Assembly: GCF_000619845.1 (NCBI RefSeq)
Contig: NZ_KK211037.1
Span: 90,001-122,000 of the forward strand
Source of the DNA: Alkanindiges illinoisensis DSM 15370
GTDB taxonomy: Bacteria > Pseudomonadota > Gammaproteobacteria > Pseudomonadales > Moraxellaceae
DNA length: 32,000 bases
Direction: 5' to 3'
The notes beneath the pieces were generated by a model. That model saw only the letters and a list, made by a program, of their open reading frames with translations, was not told where the DNA came from and made no database searches. Below are positions 17,153-25,933 of the stretch, one piece after another. How positions within the stretch are numbered: the first letter of the stretch is position 1; each line of letters begins with the position of its first letter. The position numbers were made by a program, and so were the translations under genes.

Positions 17153-17860
17153 TTAGCCCTGTTCTGTGAGTAAATGGTGAGCCGATTGATGGATTAATTC
17201 AATTAATTCATCAACATTGTAGACAATATGATTGGCATGCCATGCGTCAAGATCATCCCTGTGATCAGGTGGTAAATAGCCATATGCTGCTAATACAGTC
17301 GGCATTCCTGCTGCACGTCCGGCCTCAATATCGCGCGGGTGGTCGCCCACATAAATAATTTGTTCCGGTGCTAAGCCAAGCTGACTGGCGGCCAGTAACA
17401 TGGGTTCAGGATCAGGTTTGGTGCGGCTCACATCATCAGGACACACCAGCACCTGACAGCGTTCAGTTAAATTCAGGGCAGCCAGTAATGATTCACTCAG
17501 GCTGCGGGGCTTGTTGGTGACAATACCCCACGGCAGACCCAGTTCATCCAGTGCGCTTAATAATGCTTCCATTTGTGGGAATAGGCAGGTATCCACCGCA
17601 ATATTCTGGGCATAAATGTCCAGAAACTGCTGGCGTATCTTTAGCAGCTGCGGGCTATTTAGCTCAAGATCAGGATAAATCAGGTTGACCATTGCCCGTG
17701 CCCCTTCAGACACTTGCGCACGGATCAGGTCATCTGTTGGAACCTGAATTTGTGCCTGTTCACACATCAGGCGAATAATGCGGATAAAATCCGGGGCAGT
17801 GTCAATTAGGGTGCCATCAAGGTCAAACAGGACGGCACGTAGCGGCTGTTGCAAGCTCAT
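17153..17860 (-). CDS. HAD-superfamily phosphatase (phosphoglycolate phosphatase Gph / MurNAc-6-P phosphatase MupP-like)
   Basis: Contains FDLDGTLIDT (motif I), VTNK (motif II) and YVGDHPRDIEAG (motif III/IV). Its ATG directly abuts the ubiG stop (TAAATG). Confidence 0.8.
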   Translation of the reverse strand: MSLQQPLRAVLFDLDGTLIDTAPDFIRIIRLMCEQAQIQVPTDDLIRAQVSEGARAMVNLIYPDLELNSPQLLKIRQQFLDIYAQNIAVDTCLFPQMEALLSALDELGLPWGIVTNKPRSLSESLLAALNLTERCQVLVCPDDVSRTKPDPEPMLLAASQLGLAPEQIIYVGDHPRDIEAGRAAGMPTVLAAYGYLPPDHRDDLDAWHANHIVYNVDELIELIHQSAHHLLTEQG

Positions 17861-18613
17861 TTAAGCAGGCCTCCGCGTATGCACCATATAATTGACATCC
17901 ACATTGGGCGCCAGCCAGTAATATTTGGTCAGCGGGTTGTAGTGCAGGCCAATGATGTGGTCGTAGCTTAAGCCTGCCTGACGGATATAGGATGCCAGCT
18001 CGGATGGGCGAATAAACTTTTTAAAGTCATGCGTGCCACGCGGTAGCAAACGCAGCACGTATTCAGCGCCAATGATGGCAAATAAATAAGCCTTGGGGTT
18101 GCGGTTGATGGTGGAAAAAAACACGTGACCACCTGGCTTGACCAGATCAAAGCAGGCCTGCACCACGGCGGCTGGATCAGGCACATGCTCCAGCATTTCC
18201 ATGCAGGTCACAATGTCGTATTGTCCGGCTTGCTCGGCAGCCAGTTGCTCTACGGGGACGCGGCGATAAGTAATATTGGTGACATTTTCCTGTTCGGCAT
18301 GCAGCTTGGCCACCGCTAGAGGGGCTTCTGCCATGTCAACACCCAGCACCTCTGCACCACGGCGTGCCATGGACTCAGCCAGAATGCCGCCGCCACAGCC
18401 CACATCAACAATTTTCTTGCCGCTAATGCCATTGCCGTGTTCACTAATCCAGTTCAGGCGCAATGGATTAATCTGGTGCAGGGGATAGAACTCGGAGTTT
18501 GGTGTGGTATCCCACCATTTTGCAGCCAGTGCATCAAATTTGGCAATTTCCTGTGTATCCACATTGGCAGCTGGCCCGTTTGTAGGGGACCCATTTGTAG
18601 AGGCCATAGTCAC
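17861..18613 (-). CDS. ubiG: bifunctional 3-demethylubiquinol 3-O-methyltransferase / 2-polyprenyl-6-hydroxyphenol methylase
   Basis: Contains [10 protein letters not shown]...[13 protein letters not shown], the SAM motif [12 protein letters not shown] and [10 protein letters not shown]. It is collinear with UbiG. Confidence 0.92.
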   Translation of the reverse strand: MTMASTNGSPTNGPAANVDTQEIAKFDALAAKWWDTTPNSEFYPLHQINPLRLNWISEHGNGISGKKIVDVGCGGGILAESMARRGAEVLGVDMAEAPLAVAKLHAEQENVTNITYRRVPVEQLAAEQAGQYDIVTCMEMLEHVPDPAAVVQACFDLVKPGGHVFFSTINRNPKAYLFAIIGAEYVLRLLPRGTHDFKKFIRPSELASYIRQAGLSYDHIIGLHYNPLTKYYWLAPNVDVNYMVHTRRPA

Positions 18614-18826
18614 AACATTCCAAAAGTTAATTTAAAGTATTTTTGCAACATGATTCATTGCAGGCGCTATCACGCTGGTAGGCCTTGCATGTGCTGATTG
18701 TAAACCAGCATAATCGCTAACATTGAATAAAAACAGTGACCTTGTGCAAAAGTTCACAGAATCCACATATACTATCCCACAAGATGTTTTACCATTTACT
18801 AAAATTTTTATACACGCACAGGACGT

Positions 18827-19480
18827 ATGATCAAGATGAAACATTTGGTTTTAAGTGCAATGACCGTATCTGTAATGGCTATGTCTGGTTTGGCTAATGC
18901 TGCTGAACCGTTTGTAGCAGGCAAGGATTACACCGTACTGTCTAATCCGGGCAAAGTGGAAAAACCCGGCATGATTGAGGTACGTGAGTTCTTCTGGTAT
19001 GGGTGCCCGCATTGCTACCGTCTGGAACCTTATGTGGCATCATGGCTGGCCAGTAAGCCTGCCAACATTAACTTTGTGCGCAGCCCGGCGGCCATGAATC
19101 CGGTATGGGAACAAAATGCCCGTGGCTATTATGCAGTTGACCTGATGGGCCTGACCAATAAAGTCCATAAACCCCTGTTTGATGCCATTCACCAGAAAAA
19201 CCAGCGCCTGTTTGACCAGAAATCACTAGCGAATTTCTATCAGGGCTATGGCGTTGACAGCAACAAGTTTAATGCCATGTTTAACTCGTTTGCAGTTTCT
19301 GGCAAGATTGCCCAGTCCAAGCAACTGGCTCAGGCCTACCAGCTGGATGGTGTTCCCGCCTTGGTTGTCAACGGCAAGTATGTGGTGAAAGGTGAAGACC
19401 AGAAAGTGATTCAGGTGGTGAATTACCTGATCAATAAAGAACGTGCACTGGTGAAAAAGCCAGCACCTGCCAAAAAATAA
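18827..19480 (+). CDS. dsbA: thiol:disulfide interchange protein DsbA
   Basis: Signal peptide (...SGLANA-AEP), CPHC active site in FFWYGCPHCY, and GVPALVVNGKY near the C-terminus. The start may be ATG 18836 instead. Confidence 0.9.
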   Translation: MIKMKHLVLSAMTVSVMAMSGLANAAEPFVAGKDYTVLSNPGKVEKPGMIEVREFFWYGCPHCYRLEPYVASWLASKPANINFVRSPAAMNPVWEQNARGYYAVDLMGLTNKVHKPLFDAIHQKNQRLFDQKSLANFYQGYGVDSNKFNAMFNSFAVSGKIAQSKQLAQAYQLDGVPALVVNGKYVVKGEDQKVIQVVNYLINKERALVKKPAPAKK

Positions 19481-19496
19481 GCTGTTTTCAACGCAT

Positions 19497-19527
19497 AAAA
19501 AAGCCTCAACTGTTTGAGGCTTTTTTT
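19497..19527. terminator. bidirectional rho-independent terminator
   Basis: AAAAAA-GCCTCAA-CTGT-TTGAGGC-TTTTTTT between convergent dsbA and the TetR gene. Confidence 0.8.
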
Positions 19528-19561
19528 ACGGCTGTTTGTTTTAACTATACAAAGGCTAGAC

Positions 19562-20218
19562 TCAGGACTTGTCGCCAGCTTCACTATTCCAGTTGGAAAT
19601 GCCACGGAACATCAGTTGCGCCTGCTTGGTGGTGTTTTGAATCAGTTGTTCACGCTGTTCTGCTAACGTGGCTGGGTTATTTTTTTCTGGCAAATTCAGC
19701 CAGGTCATGGCCCAGGAAAACGACATATTAATCAAAATCGACGACATGATCTGCAAGTCCTGCGTGGCACCAACATGCTCAAAGGCAGGCAGTTTTTTCA
19801 GGTCTTCAGCCAGATCATCCACAAAAAAATGAATTTCACGCGCAATGGCATCACGCACGACCGATGAGCCACCCCAGCGCTCGCCAATCAGGAATAGCCA
19901 GTGCCGTGCGGACTGGTCAACGGCAGTAAAAAACCGTTCAATACTGAGCCGGGTTTTGGAACCTGCCTTAACGGTATATCCCTCACGCAGGCTGCGCAAC
20001 AGATGATGCAGGCTAATCGACACCTGATCCACCAGATCATTGCCCAGCTCATCCATATCCTGAAAATGCCGGTAAAACGCGGTGGGAACAAGGCCAGCCT
20101 CACGCGCCACTTCGCGCAGACTGATCGTGCTAAAGGAACGTCCAGAGGTGCTTAAGGTCAGGGCCGCTTCCAGCAGGGCTTGACGGCTTTGTTGCTTGCG
20201 TTCGTCTCTGATCGACAT
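19562..20218 (-). CDS. TetR-family repressor, second FabR/DesT-like paralog
   Basis: [37 protein letters not shown] shows the same FabR-type HTH pattern as the 1673-2356 gene. It is divergent from a second reductase-desaturase operon. Confidence 0.8.
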   Translation of the reverse strand: [218 protein letters not shown]

Positions 20219-20286
20219 TCAGACAGACCAAAAAAACTGATGAGGCAACAAGTTTAACAAAAAAAATAAACTTCTTTATAAAAATT

Positions 20287-20365
20287 CAGTGTACAGGTGT
20301 TGACTCAAATCTAAAAAACGCTATATTAGTGTACAAGTGTTCACAATACTAACAAGTGTTCACTA
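20287..20365 (+). promoter_or_regulatory. sigma70-like promoter overlapped by three FabR-type operator boxes
   Basis: The boxes are GTGTACAGGTGTTGAC (20289-20304), GTGTACAAGTGTTCAC (20329-20344) and ACTAACAAGTGTTCAC (20348-20363). TTGACT (20300-20305), a 16-nt spacer and TATATT (20322-20327) sit inside or between the boxes. The box resembles the E. coli FabR site core GCGTACACGTGTTAGC as I recall it. Confidence 0.55.
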
Positions 20366-20437
20366 ACGTAGCAAACTGCCAAATACGTGAATACATCCAG
20401 AACACCAACATCAGAAGATAAGCAAGAGGGCCGCATC

Positions 20438-21463
20438 ATGTTACAGACCAGCAATTACAAGCCACACTGGATTCGCGAAGACTTTGTTGATTTTGTACTG
20501 GCCAAGGTGAATCCGATGTGGACCCTGCGTCGTACCATGGCACGCATTGAAAGCATTGAACCGATTGCTGATGGCATGATCAAGCTGACCTTGCGTACCA
20601 ATAACAAATTTAATCAGTACCAGCCCGGCCAGTTTGTCATGGTAACTGTGCGGATTGACGGAGTGCAGCATCAACGTGCCTATAGTCTGGTGAGCCATCC
20701 TGGCGATTCAACCATTGTGCTGGGGATTAAAAAGCAGGGCCGTGTGTCCAACTATCTGGCCAATGATGCGCGTGCGGGTGATGTGCTGGAAATTACCCCT
20801 GCCATGGGTGAATTTACCTTAAAAAAACATGATCATCCGGTGTTGCTGATTTCTGCGGGCAGTGGCATTACTCCCATGATTCCATTGGCGAGACAAGCGC
20901 TTGAACGCTCTAAACTGCCGGTTACCCTGATTTATTATTCCCGTGATCCGGCATTCCGTGCCGAGCTGGAAGCACTGGCGGCCAAGCATTCCCATTTCAA
21001 TTTGCACATTATTGTGGACAGTGCCGACAAGCCAGCCTTTTTTGATGAAGACACGCTGGATCAGCTGTGTGTTGATGCCAAATACCGCGAAACCTATGTC
21101 TGTGCCGCACCCGGCCTGATGAAAGCCACCCGCCAGATCTGGCAAAAACGTGGCTGGAGTGCGCAACTGACTCAGGAAAGCTTTTTACCCGTTACCGTGA
21201 GTGATGATGCACAAGCGGTTCCGGTGAATTTCCGCCGCAGCATGCAGGAATTTGAGGGCCGTGGCAACCTGCTGGCCAGTGCCGAAGCAGCAGGTTTAAA
21301 ACCATCATTTGGCTGCCGCATGGGCATTTGCAATACCTGCGTGTGTACCAAAGTCAGTGGTGCCGTAAAGAATCAGCTGACTGGCGAAATTAATGACCAG
21401 AACAATGTGCAAATTAAGTTATGTGTGAGCGAAGCGGTCAGCCCTGTTGAAATTGACCTGTAA
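20438..21463 (+). CDS. ferredoxin-NAD(P)H reductase-type oxidoreductase with C-terminal 2Fe-2S (paralog of 2458-3645)
   Basis: Contains RAYS, GSGITPM and CRMGICNTCVC motifs. ATG 20438 is preceded by AGAGGG; the tracked GTG 20387 start is less likely. Confidence 0.85.
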   Translation: MLQTSNYKPHWIREDFVDFVLAKVNPMWTLRRTMARIESIEPIADGMIKLTLRTNNKFNQYQPGQFVMVTVRIDGVQHQRAYSLVSHPGDSTIVLGIKKQGRVSNYLANDARAGDVLEITPAMGEFTLKKHDHPVLLISAGSGITPMIPLARQALERSKLPVTLIYYSRDPAFRAELEALAAKHSHFNLHIIVDSADKPAFFDEDTLDQLCVDAKYRETYVCAAPGLMKATRQIWQKRGWSAQLTQESFLPVTVSDDAQAVPVNFRRSMQEFEGRGNLLASAEAAGLKPSFGCRMGICNTCVCTKVSGAVKNQLTGEINDQNNVQIKLCVSEAVSPVEIDL

Positions 21464-21506
21464 GCCAGCCCTTTAAAACGCAAACCAATATATTGAGTAA
21501 AAGATC

Positions 21507-22670
21507 ATGAATAGCATTAATTATGACGCTGTAAAAGCCGCAAAAAGCAAAAGCCGTGCATTAAGCTTTGATGAGATTCAGGAATTTGGCCGTAAGATCG
21601 ATGCCATTCGTGCCGAGACCATGGCCAAGATTGGCAAGGAAGATTCCGACTATATCTACAAGGTGCGTAACTTTGTACGCTACACCGAAATTGCCTCACG
21701 CGGCATGCTGATGTTTGGTGGCTGGATTCCACCGGTCTGGTTGCTGGGTACAGCCATGCTGGGTGTGTCTAAAATTGTTGAAAATATGGAACTGGGTCAT
21801 AACGTGATGCACGGCCAGTTTGACTGGCTCAATGATCCCACCTTAAACGGTGCCAACTATGACTGGGATACCGTGTGTACTGGTGAAGATTGGAAATACA
21901 CTCATAATTATATGCACCACACTTATACCAATGTACTGGGCAAGGATCATGATATTGGTTATGGCGTGATGCGCATGACCCGTGAGCAGGAATGGGAGCC
22001 GCGTTTCCTGTTTAATGTGCCCATGGGTATTTTCTTATCAACCGGTTTTGAATGGTTACTAGCCTTGCAACGTCTGGAACTGGAACAGGTGCTGTTTAAG
22101 GGTACTAAAACCTGGAAAGAAGTGTATGTACAATCTAAAAACCTGCGCAAAAAAATGTTGCGTCAGTTTGGCAAGGATTATGTATTGTTCCCGCTGATTG
22201 CTGGACCCATGTTCCTGCCGGTCATTGCAGGTAATTTTGTCGCCAACCTGATTCGTAATTACTGGGCATCTGCGGTGATTTACTGTGGACACTTCACTGA
22301 AGATGCCGAAATGCTTGAAGATAATACCGCCAATGAAACCAAGGCCGAATGGTATTTGCGCCAGATTCGTGGCTCAAGCAACTTTACCGGCGGCAAGATC
22401 ATTCACTTCATGAGCGGTAACTTAAGCCACCAGATTGAACACCATCTGTTCCCGGATGTGCCTGCCAACCGTTATCAGGAAATGGCACCTAAAGTCCGTG
22501 CCGTGTGTGAAGAGTATGGCCAGAACTACAACTCAGCCAGCTTTGCCAAGCAGTTTGCCAGCGTGTGGGTACGTTTGGCTGAGCATTCACTGCCTGACCA
22601 GATGGTTGATAAAATCAAGGCTACTCGTGCCAAGCTGTCACTGAAGAACCTGTTTGCCCGCGCTGCTTAA
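21507..22670 (+). CDS. membrane fatty-acid desaturase (paralog of 3714-4838)
   Basis: 387 aa with His boxes HNVMHG, HNYMHHTYTN and HQIEHHLFP. Long blocks are shared with the first desaturase (ENMEL.HNVMHGQ.DW.NDP, YCGHFTEDAE, RQIRGSSN..GGK..H..SGNLSHQIEHHLFPD.PA.RY). Confidence 0.9.
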   Translation: MNSINYDAVKAAKSKSRALSFDEIQEFGRKIDAIRAETMAKIGKEDSDYIYKVRNFVRYTEIASRGMLMFGGWIPPVWLLGTAMLGVSKIVENMELGHNVMHGQFDWLNDPTLNGANYDWDTVCTGEDWKYTHNYMHHTYTNVLGKDHDIGYGVMRMTREQEWEPRFLFNVPMGIFLSTGFEWLLALQRLELEQVLFKGTKTWKEVYVQSKNLRKKMLRQFGKDYVLFPLIAGPMFLPVIAGNFVANLIRNYWASAVIYCGHFTEDAEMLEDNTANETKAEWYLRQIRGSSNFTGGKIIHFMSGNLSHQIEHHLFPDVPANRYQEMAPKVRAVCEEYGQNYNSASFAKQFASVWVRLAEHSLPDQMVDKIKATRAKLSLKNLFARAA

Positions 22671-22702
22671 ATTGATTTAAACATTCGCGTCAAACCTGCA
22701 AG

Positions 22703-22738
22703 AAACCCTGTACCAGTTCATGGTTGCAGGGTTTTTTA
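22703..22738 (+). terminator. rho-independent terminator of the desaturase operon
   Basis: AAACCCTG...CAGGGTTT outer stem with an inner ACCA/TGGT helix, followed by TTTT. Confidence 0.65.
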
Positions 22739-22947
22739 ACATCTGGCTGATTAGATAAGATAATTAAATAATAACTAAGTTAGCTGAGTAGGCTGGTAAT
22801 GAATTAAAGAAATCAAACCCGATGAATAAAACAAAATTATAAAAAATGAATAAACCGGATTATTACTGTAGTGTCATCTTGGGTTGATACCATAGAGCAG
22901 TAAGCGCATTAGATCACGTTTGAGATTATCATCTTGTTTTGATGTGC

Positions 22948-22956
22948 TGTTATAAT
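22948..22956 (+). promoter_or_regulatory. possible extended -10 promoter element (TGtTATAAT) for rph
   Basis: TGTTATAAT lies 36 nt upstream of the rph ATG in a long AT-rich intergenic region. AAGGA RBS at the gene start. Confidence 0.3.
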
Positions 22957-22991
22957 GCCTCTTAAAATTTAACGCCAGCCAAGGAAATCCT

Positions 22992-23708
22992 ATGCGCTTT
23001 GACCAACGCAGTAACGATCAATTAAGACCTGTAACGTTTACCCGTCAATATACACGTTATGCTGAAGGCGCTGTGCTGGTTGAGTTTGGCAACACCAAGG
23101 TGCTGTGTACGGCCAGTGTAGAAAGCAGCGTTCCACGTTTCCTAAAAGGTACTGGCCAAGGCTGGATTACTGCCGAATACGGCATGTTGCCGCGCTCTAC
23201 CCATACCCGCAATGACCGGGAAGCTGCGCGTGGCAAGCAATCTGGCCGCACACAGGAAATTCAGCGCCTGATTGGCCGTAGCCTGCGCGCGATGGTTGAC
23301 CTCAAAAAACTGGGTGAAAATACCATTACCATTGATTGTGATGTATTGCAGGCTGATGGCGGCACCCGTACAGCAGCCATTACGGGTGGCGCGGTAGCAC
23401 TGGTTGATGCATTGACTGCATTGCAGGCACAAAAAAAACTGAAAAGTGACCCGCTAAAAGGTCTGGTGGCAGCGATTTCTGTGGGCATGTATCAGGGTGA
23501 AGCCTTGCTGGACTTGTGCTACGAAGAAGATTCCAAGTGTGAAACCGATCTAAACGTGGTGATGACCCAATCTGGTGAATTTATTGAATTGCAGGGCACT
23601 GCCGAGAGCAAGCCCTTTAACCGCGCGCAATGCAACCAGATGCTGGAACTGGCTGAAAAAGGAATTGCCGAGCTGATTCTGGCGCAGCAAAAAGCACTGG
23701 GCTGGTAA
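22992..23708 (+). CDS. rph: ribonuclease PH
   Basis: 238 aa. MR.D.R...QLRPV.F.R.Y...[18 protein letters not shown]...[46 protein letters not shown] is the canonical RNase PH sequence. Confidence 0.95.
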   Translation: MRFDQRSNDQLRPVTFTRQYTRYAEGAVLVEFGNTKVLCTASVESSVPRFLKGTGQGWITAEYGMLPRSTHTRNDREAARGKQSGRTQEIQRLIGRSLRAMVDLKKLGENTITIDCDVLQADGGTRTAAITGGAVALVDALTALQAQKKLKSDPLKGLVAAISVGMYQGEALLDLCYEEDSKCETDLNVVMTQSGEFIELQGTAESKPFNRAQCNQMLELAEKGIAELILAQQKALGW

Positions 23709-23801
23709 GTCTGGTAAGTGCTGTCCTGGTGAACCTTGTCTTGATGAGCACTGTTTTGATAAATATGGCGCTAGCTTAAAGCTTAACCGGAAATTAAAAA
23801 A

Positions 23802-23828
23802 GGCGAGAATTATCTCGTCTTTTTTTAT
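23802..23828 (+). terminator. rho-independent terminator after rph
   Basis: GGCGAGA-ATTA-TCTCGTC (7 bp, one G-U pair) followed by eight T residues. Confidence 0.75.
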
Positions 23829-23994
23829 GTTGCAAAACTTTCAGGGTAGACCGTCACAAAACTCATGCACAGGTGGGTAAAAACTGTTTTATGGTCAATT
23901 TATGAGATGCTGATCTTCAATTGTTAATATGAAGCGACCCTATAAAAACGGGTGGACTGGCCGTATGGCTTTAAGCCACCTGACGGAGAAATCC

Positions 23995-25146
23995 ATGCTT
24001 AAGCGTACAACCTTAACCCTGCTCATGGCTGGCCTGATGGCGAGTTTGGCGGCCTGCAATAATTCGTCCAATAGTGTGGCTGCGGAAGCTGCCCCTGTCG
24101 TGGACAGCAAAACCAGCTTTAGCAGCCGCAAAGTGGCTCAGTTTAATGAACCGTGGGCCATGAGCTTTTTGCCGGACGGCCGCTTACTGGTCACTGAAAA
24201 AAAAGGCCAGTTAAAGCTTTATGATATAAAAACTGGAAAAACCGGCAGCATTACTGGCGTCCCGCAAGTGGCTTATGGCGGACAAGGTGGTCTTGGCGAC
24301 ATAGTGCTACATCCGGATTTTGCCAAAAACGGACTGGTATATTTAAGTTATGCTGAAAGTGGTACAGGCGGCAAAGGCGCAGTAGTAGCACGCGGTAAGC
24401 TAGCACTGAACAACACGGGTGGCGGCCAGTTATCCGAGCTGCAAGTCATCTGGCGGCAAGTGCCCAAGGTCTCAGGCGATGGACATTTTGGCCACCGCAT
24501 TGCTTTTGATCAAAGCGGCCTGCTGTGGATTTCCTCTGGCGAACGGCAAAAGTTTGATCCCGCGCAGGATATGCGCAGCAATCTGGGCAAAATCATCCGG
24601 CTTAAGGATGATGGCAGCATCCCGGCAGATAACCCATTTGCCAGTCAGGGCGGCGTGGCGGCGCAGGTCTGGAGCCTTGGCCATCGTAATCCACTGGGAC
24701 TGGCCTTTAATGCCAAAGGTGAACTGTGGGAAATTGAAATGGGTCCCAAGGGCGGTGATGAACTCAACCTGATTGAAAAAGCCCAGAATTATGGCTATCC
24801 GCTGGTTTCTAACGGCGATCATTATGATGGCACGCCCATTCCTGACCACGACACCCGGCCTGAATTCAAGGCACCTGCCGTGAGCTGGTCTCCGGTGATT
24901 TCACCCTCCAGCCTGATGTTTTACAGCGGTAACCAGTTTCCAGCCTGGAAAAATAATGCCTTTGTTGGGGGCTTATCCTCAGAGGCGCTTATCCGCATTG
25001 AATTTAATGGCAACAGGACATATGAGGCTGAACGCTTTGATATGGGCGCACGTATTCGTGAAGTAGAACAAGGCCCGGATGGGTCAATCTGGTTGCTGGA
25101 AGATGGGCCAAATGCCAACTTACTGCAACTCCAGCCTAAAACATAG
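23995..25146 (+). CDS. PQQ-dependent soluble sugar (aldose/sorbosone) dehydrogenase, lipoprotein (YliI-like)
   Basis: Lipobox MLKRTTLTLLMAGLMASLAAC. Beta-propeller family motifs are present (PWAMSFLPDGRLLVTEK.G, GGLGDIVLHPDF, HFGHRIAFD, GKIIRL..DGSIPADNPF, WSLGHRNPLGLAF, GPKGGDELN, NYGYP). GGAGA lies 5 nt upstream of ATG 23995 (the tracked ORF starts at 23929). Confidence 0.85.
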   Translation: MLKRTTLTLLMAGLMASLAACNNSSNSVAAEAAPVVDSKTSFSSRKVAQFNEPWAMSFLPDGRLLVTEKKGQLKLYDIKTGKTGSITGVPQVAYGGQGGLGDIVLHPDFAKNGLVYLSYAESGTGGKGAVVARGKLALNNTGGGQLSELQVIWRQVPKVSGDGHFGHRIAFDQSGLLWISSGERQKFDPAQDMRSNLGKIIRLKDDGSIPADNPFASQGGVAAQVWSLGHRNPLGLAFNAKGELWEIEMGPKGGDELNLIEKAQNYGYPLVSNGDHYDGTPIPDHDTRPEFKAPAVSWSPVISPSSLMFYSGNQFPAWKNNAFVGGLSSEALIRIEFNGNRTYEAERFDMGARIREVEQGPDGSIWLLEDGPNANLLQLQPKT

Positions 25147-25170
25147 CGGCTTAAGTTTGATGGGCCGCTA
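25144..25170. terminator. hairpin between convergent genes (weak terminator candidate)
   Basis: TAGCGGC-13 nt-GCCGCTA. There is only a poor U-tract on either strand. Confidence 0.3.
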
Positions 25171-25223
25171 CCCTGCATTAGTCTGATTGAGTGTGGCGGC
25201 TTAAAAATATCGTTAAAGCTGGT

Positions 25224-25856
25224 TTAAGCAGTTGCTTTCACATGCTGCAAGAACTGCTGGGTTGGGGTTTGAAAATAAATATCAAAACTGGCACTCACTG
25301 TTTGATCTGCCTGACTGAATTTTTTAAAAATGGTCGTGAGCGGCGCAATATAAGTATTCATCCACTCACTTGTAGAGCGACATTGCTGCGGATTGCGTAA
25401 ACTTTGCTGCAAATGTATAAGCTCCTGATAAATTGGGCTGATGTCCTCATTAAATACGAATAATTCCATGGTCATCGGGTCGATTGCATTGACCACAATA
25501 TCTTCTGCAAATCTGCCCACCGTCTTTAGGCGAATGCCTGAACCAGTAAAACAAGAATAAAGCAGCCGGGTTTTTTCAAGTTGTGCATGCTCACCAATCT
25601 CCAGACGCCTTGCATCACAGGCATCACGCAATAATGCAGGTAATTGCTGAGGATTATTACTTTGTTGAAAAGATTTAAAAATTCGTTCAAGTGTAAGGCT
25701 TTCACCCGTACCAGTTATTATGCCCTGCTGCCAGAAACGGATTTTTTGTAAGGTATCGGCATGGCGACTCTCAGCCAAACTGTTTTCAATTGTCATGCGA
25801 TTGTCGGCAGCCACTACTACACTGTCTTCAAGCTGGATTGCAATAATAAAAGTCAT
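25224..25856 (-). CDS. hypothetical protein with proteasome-beta/HslV-like (Ntn-hydrolase) N-terminal signature
   Basis: A 210-aa ORF whose sequence from residue 2 is TFIIAIQLEDSVVVAADNRMTIEN...LQKIRFW..GIITGTGESLTLERIFKSF...FTGSG. It aligns by eye to Thermoplasma beta ([24 protein letters not shown]...KKLFQI) and HslV ([21 protein letters not shown]...KKVRRL...[20 protein letters not shown]...IGSGG). Confidence 0.55.
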   Translation of the reverse strand: MTFIIAIQLEDSVVVAADNRMTIENSLAESRHADTLQKIRFWQQGIITGTGESLTLERIFKSFQQSNNPQQLPALLRDACDARRLEIGEHAQLEKTRLLYSCFTGSGIRLKTVGRFAEDIVVNAIDPMTMELFVFNEDISPIYQELIHLQQSLRNPQQCRSTSEWMNTYIAPLTTIFKKFSQADQTVSASFDIYFQTPTQQFLQHVKATA

Positions 25857-25885
25857 TTGGTAAAAATTCAGAGTTTGGTTAGAAT
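25857..25885 (+). promoter_or_regulatory. candidate sigma70 promoter for the VgrG-tail/toxin/immunity operon
   Basis: TTGGTA (25857-25862), a 17-nt spacer and TAGAAT (25880-25885), about 50 nt upstream of ATG 25934. Confidence 0.35.
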
Positions 25886-25933
25886 GCGAACTAATTTGAA
25901 TAATGCATCATAATTAAAGATAAGGCCAATAAG

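Noticed and set aside
18632-18844. 70-aa minus-strand ORF in the ubiG-dsbA divergent intergenic region.
   Set aside because: It overlaps the dsbA start and promoter region, has no RBS or family resemblance, and has Cys-rich odd composition. It is likely spurious.
25146-25201. 9-bp direct repeat GCGGCTTAA occurring twice at the left edge of the AT-rich segment, considered as a possible insertion scar or att-like site.
   Set aside because: It is too short to distinguish from chance, and I found no matching copy at the right edge (29563-29614).
25191-25400. 69-aa plus-strand ORF opposite the 3' end of the Ntn-hydrolase-like gene.
   Set aside because: It is antisense to a longer ORF that has recognisable N-terminal family features, and it has no start signals.
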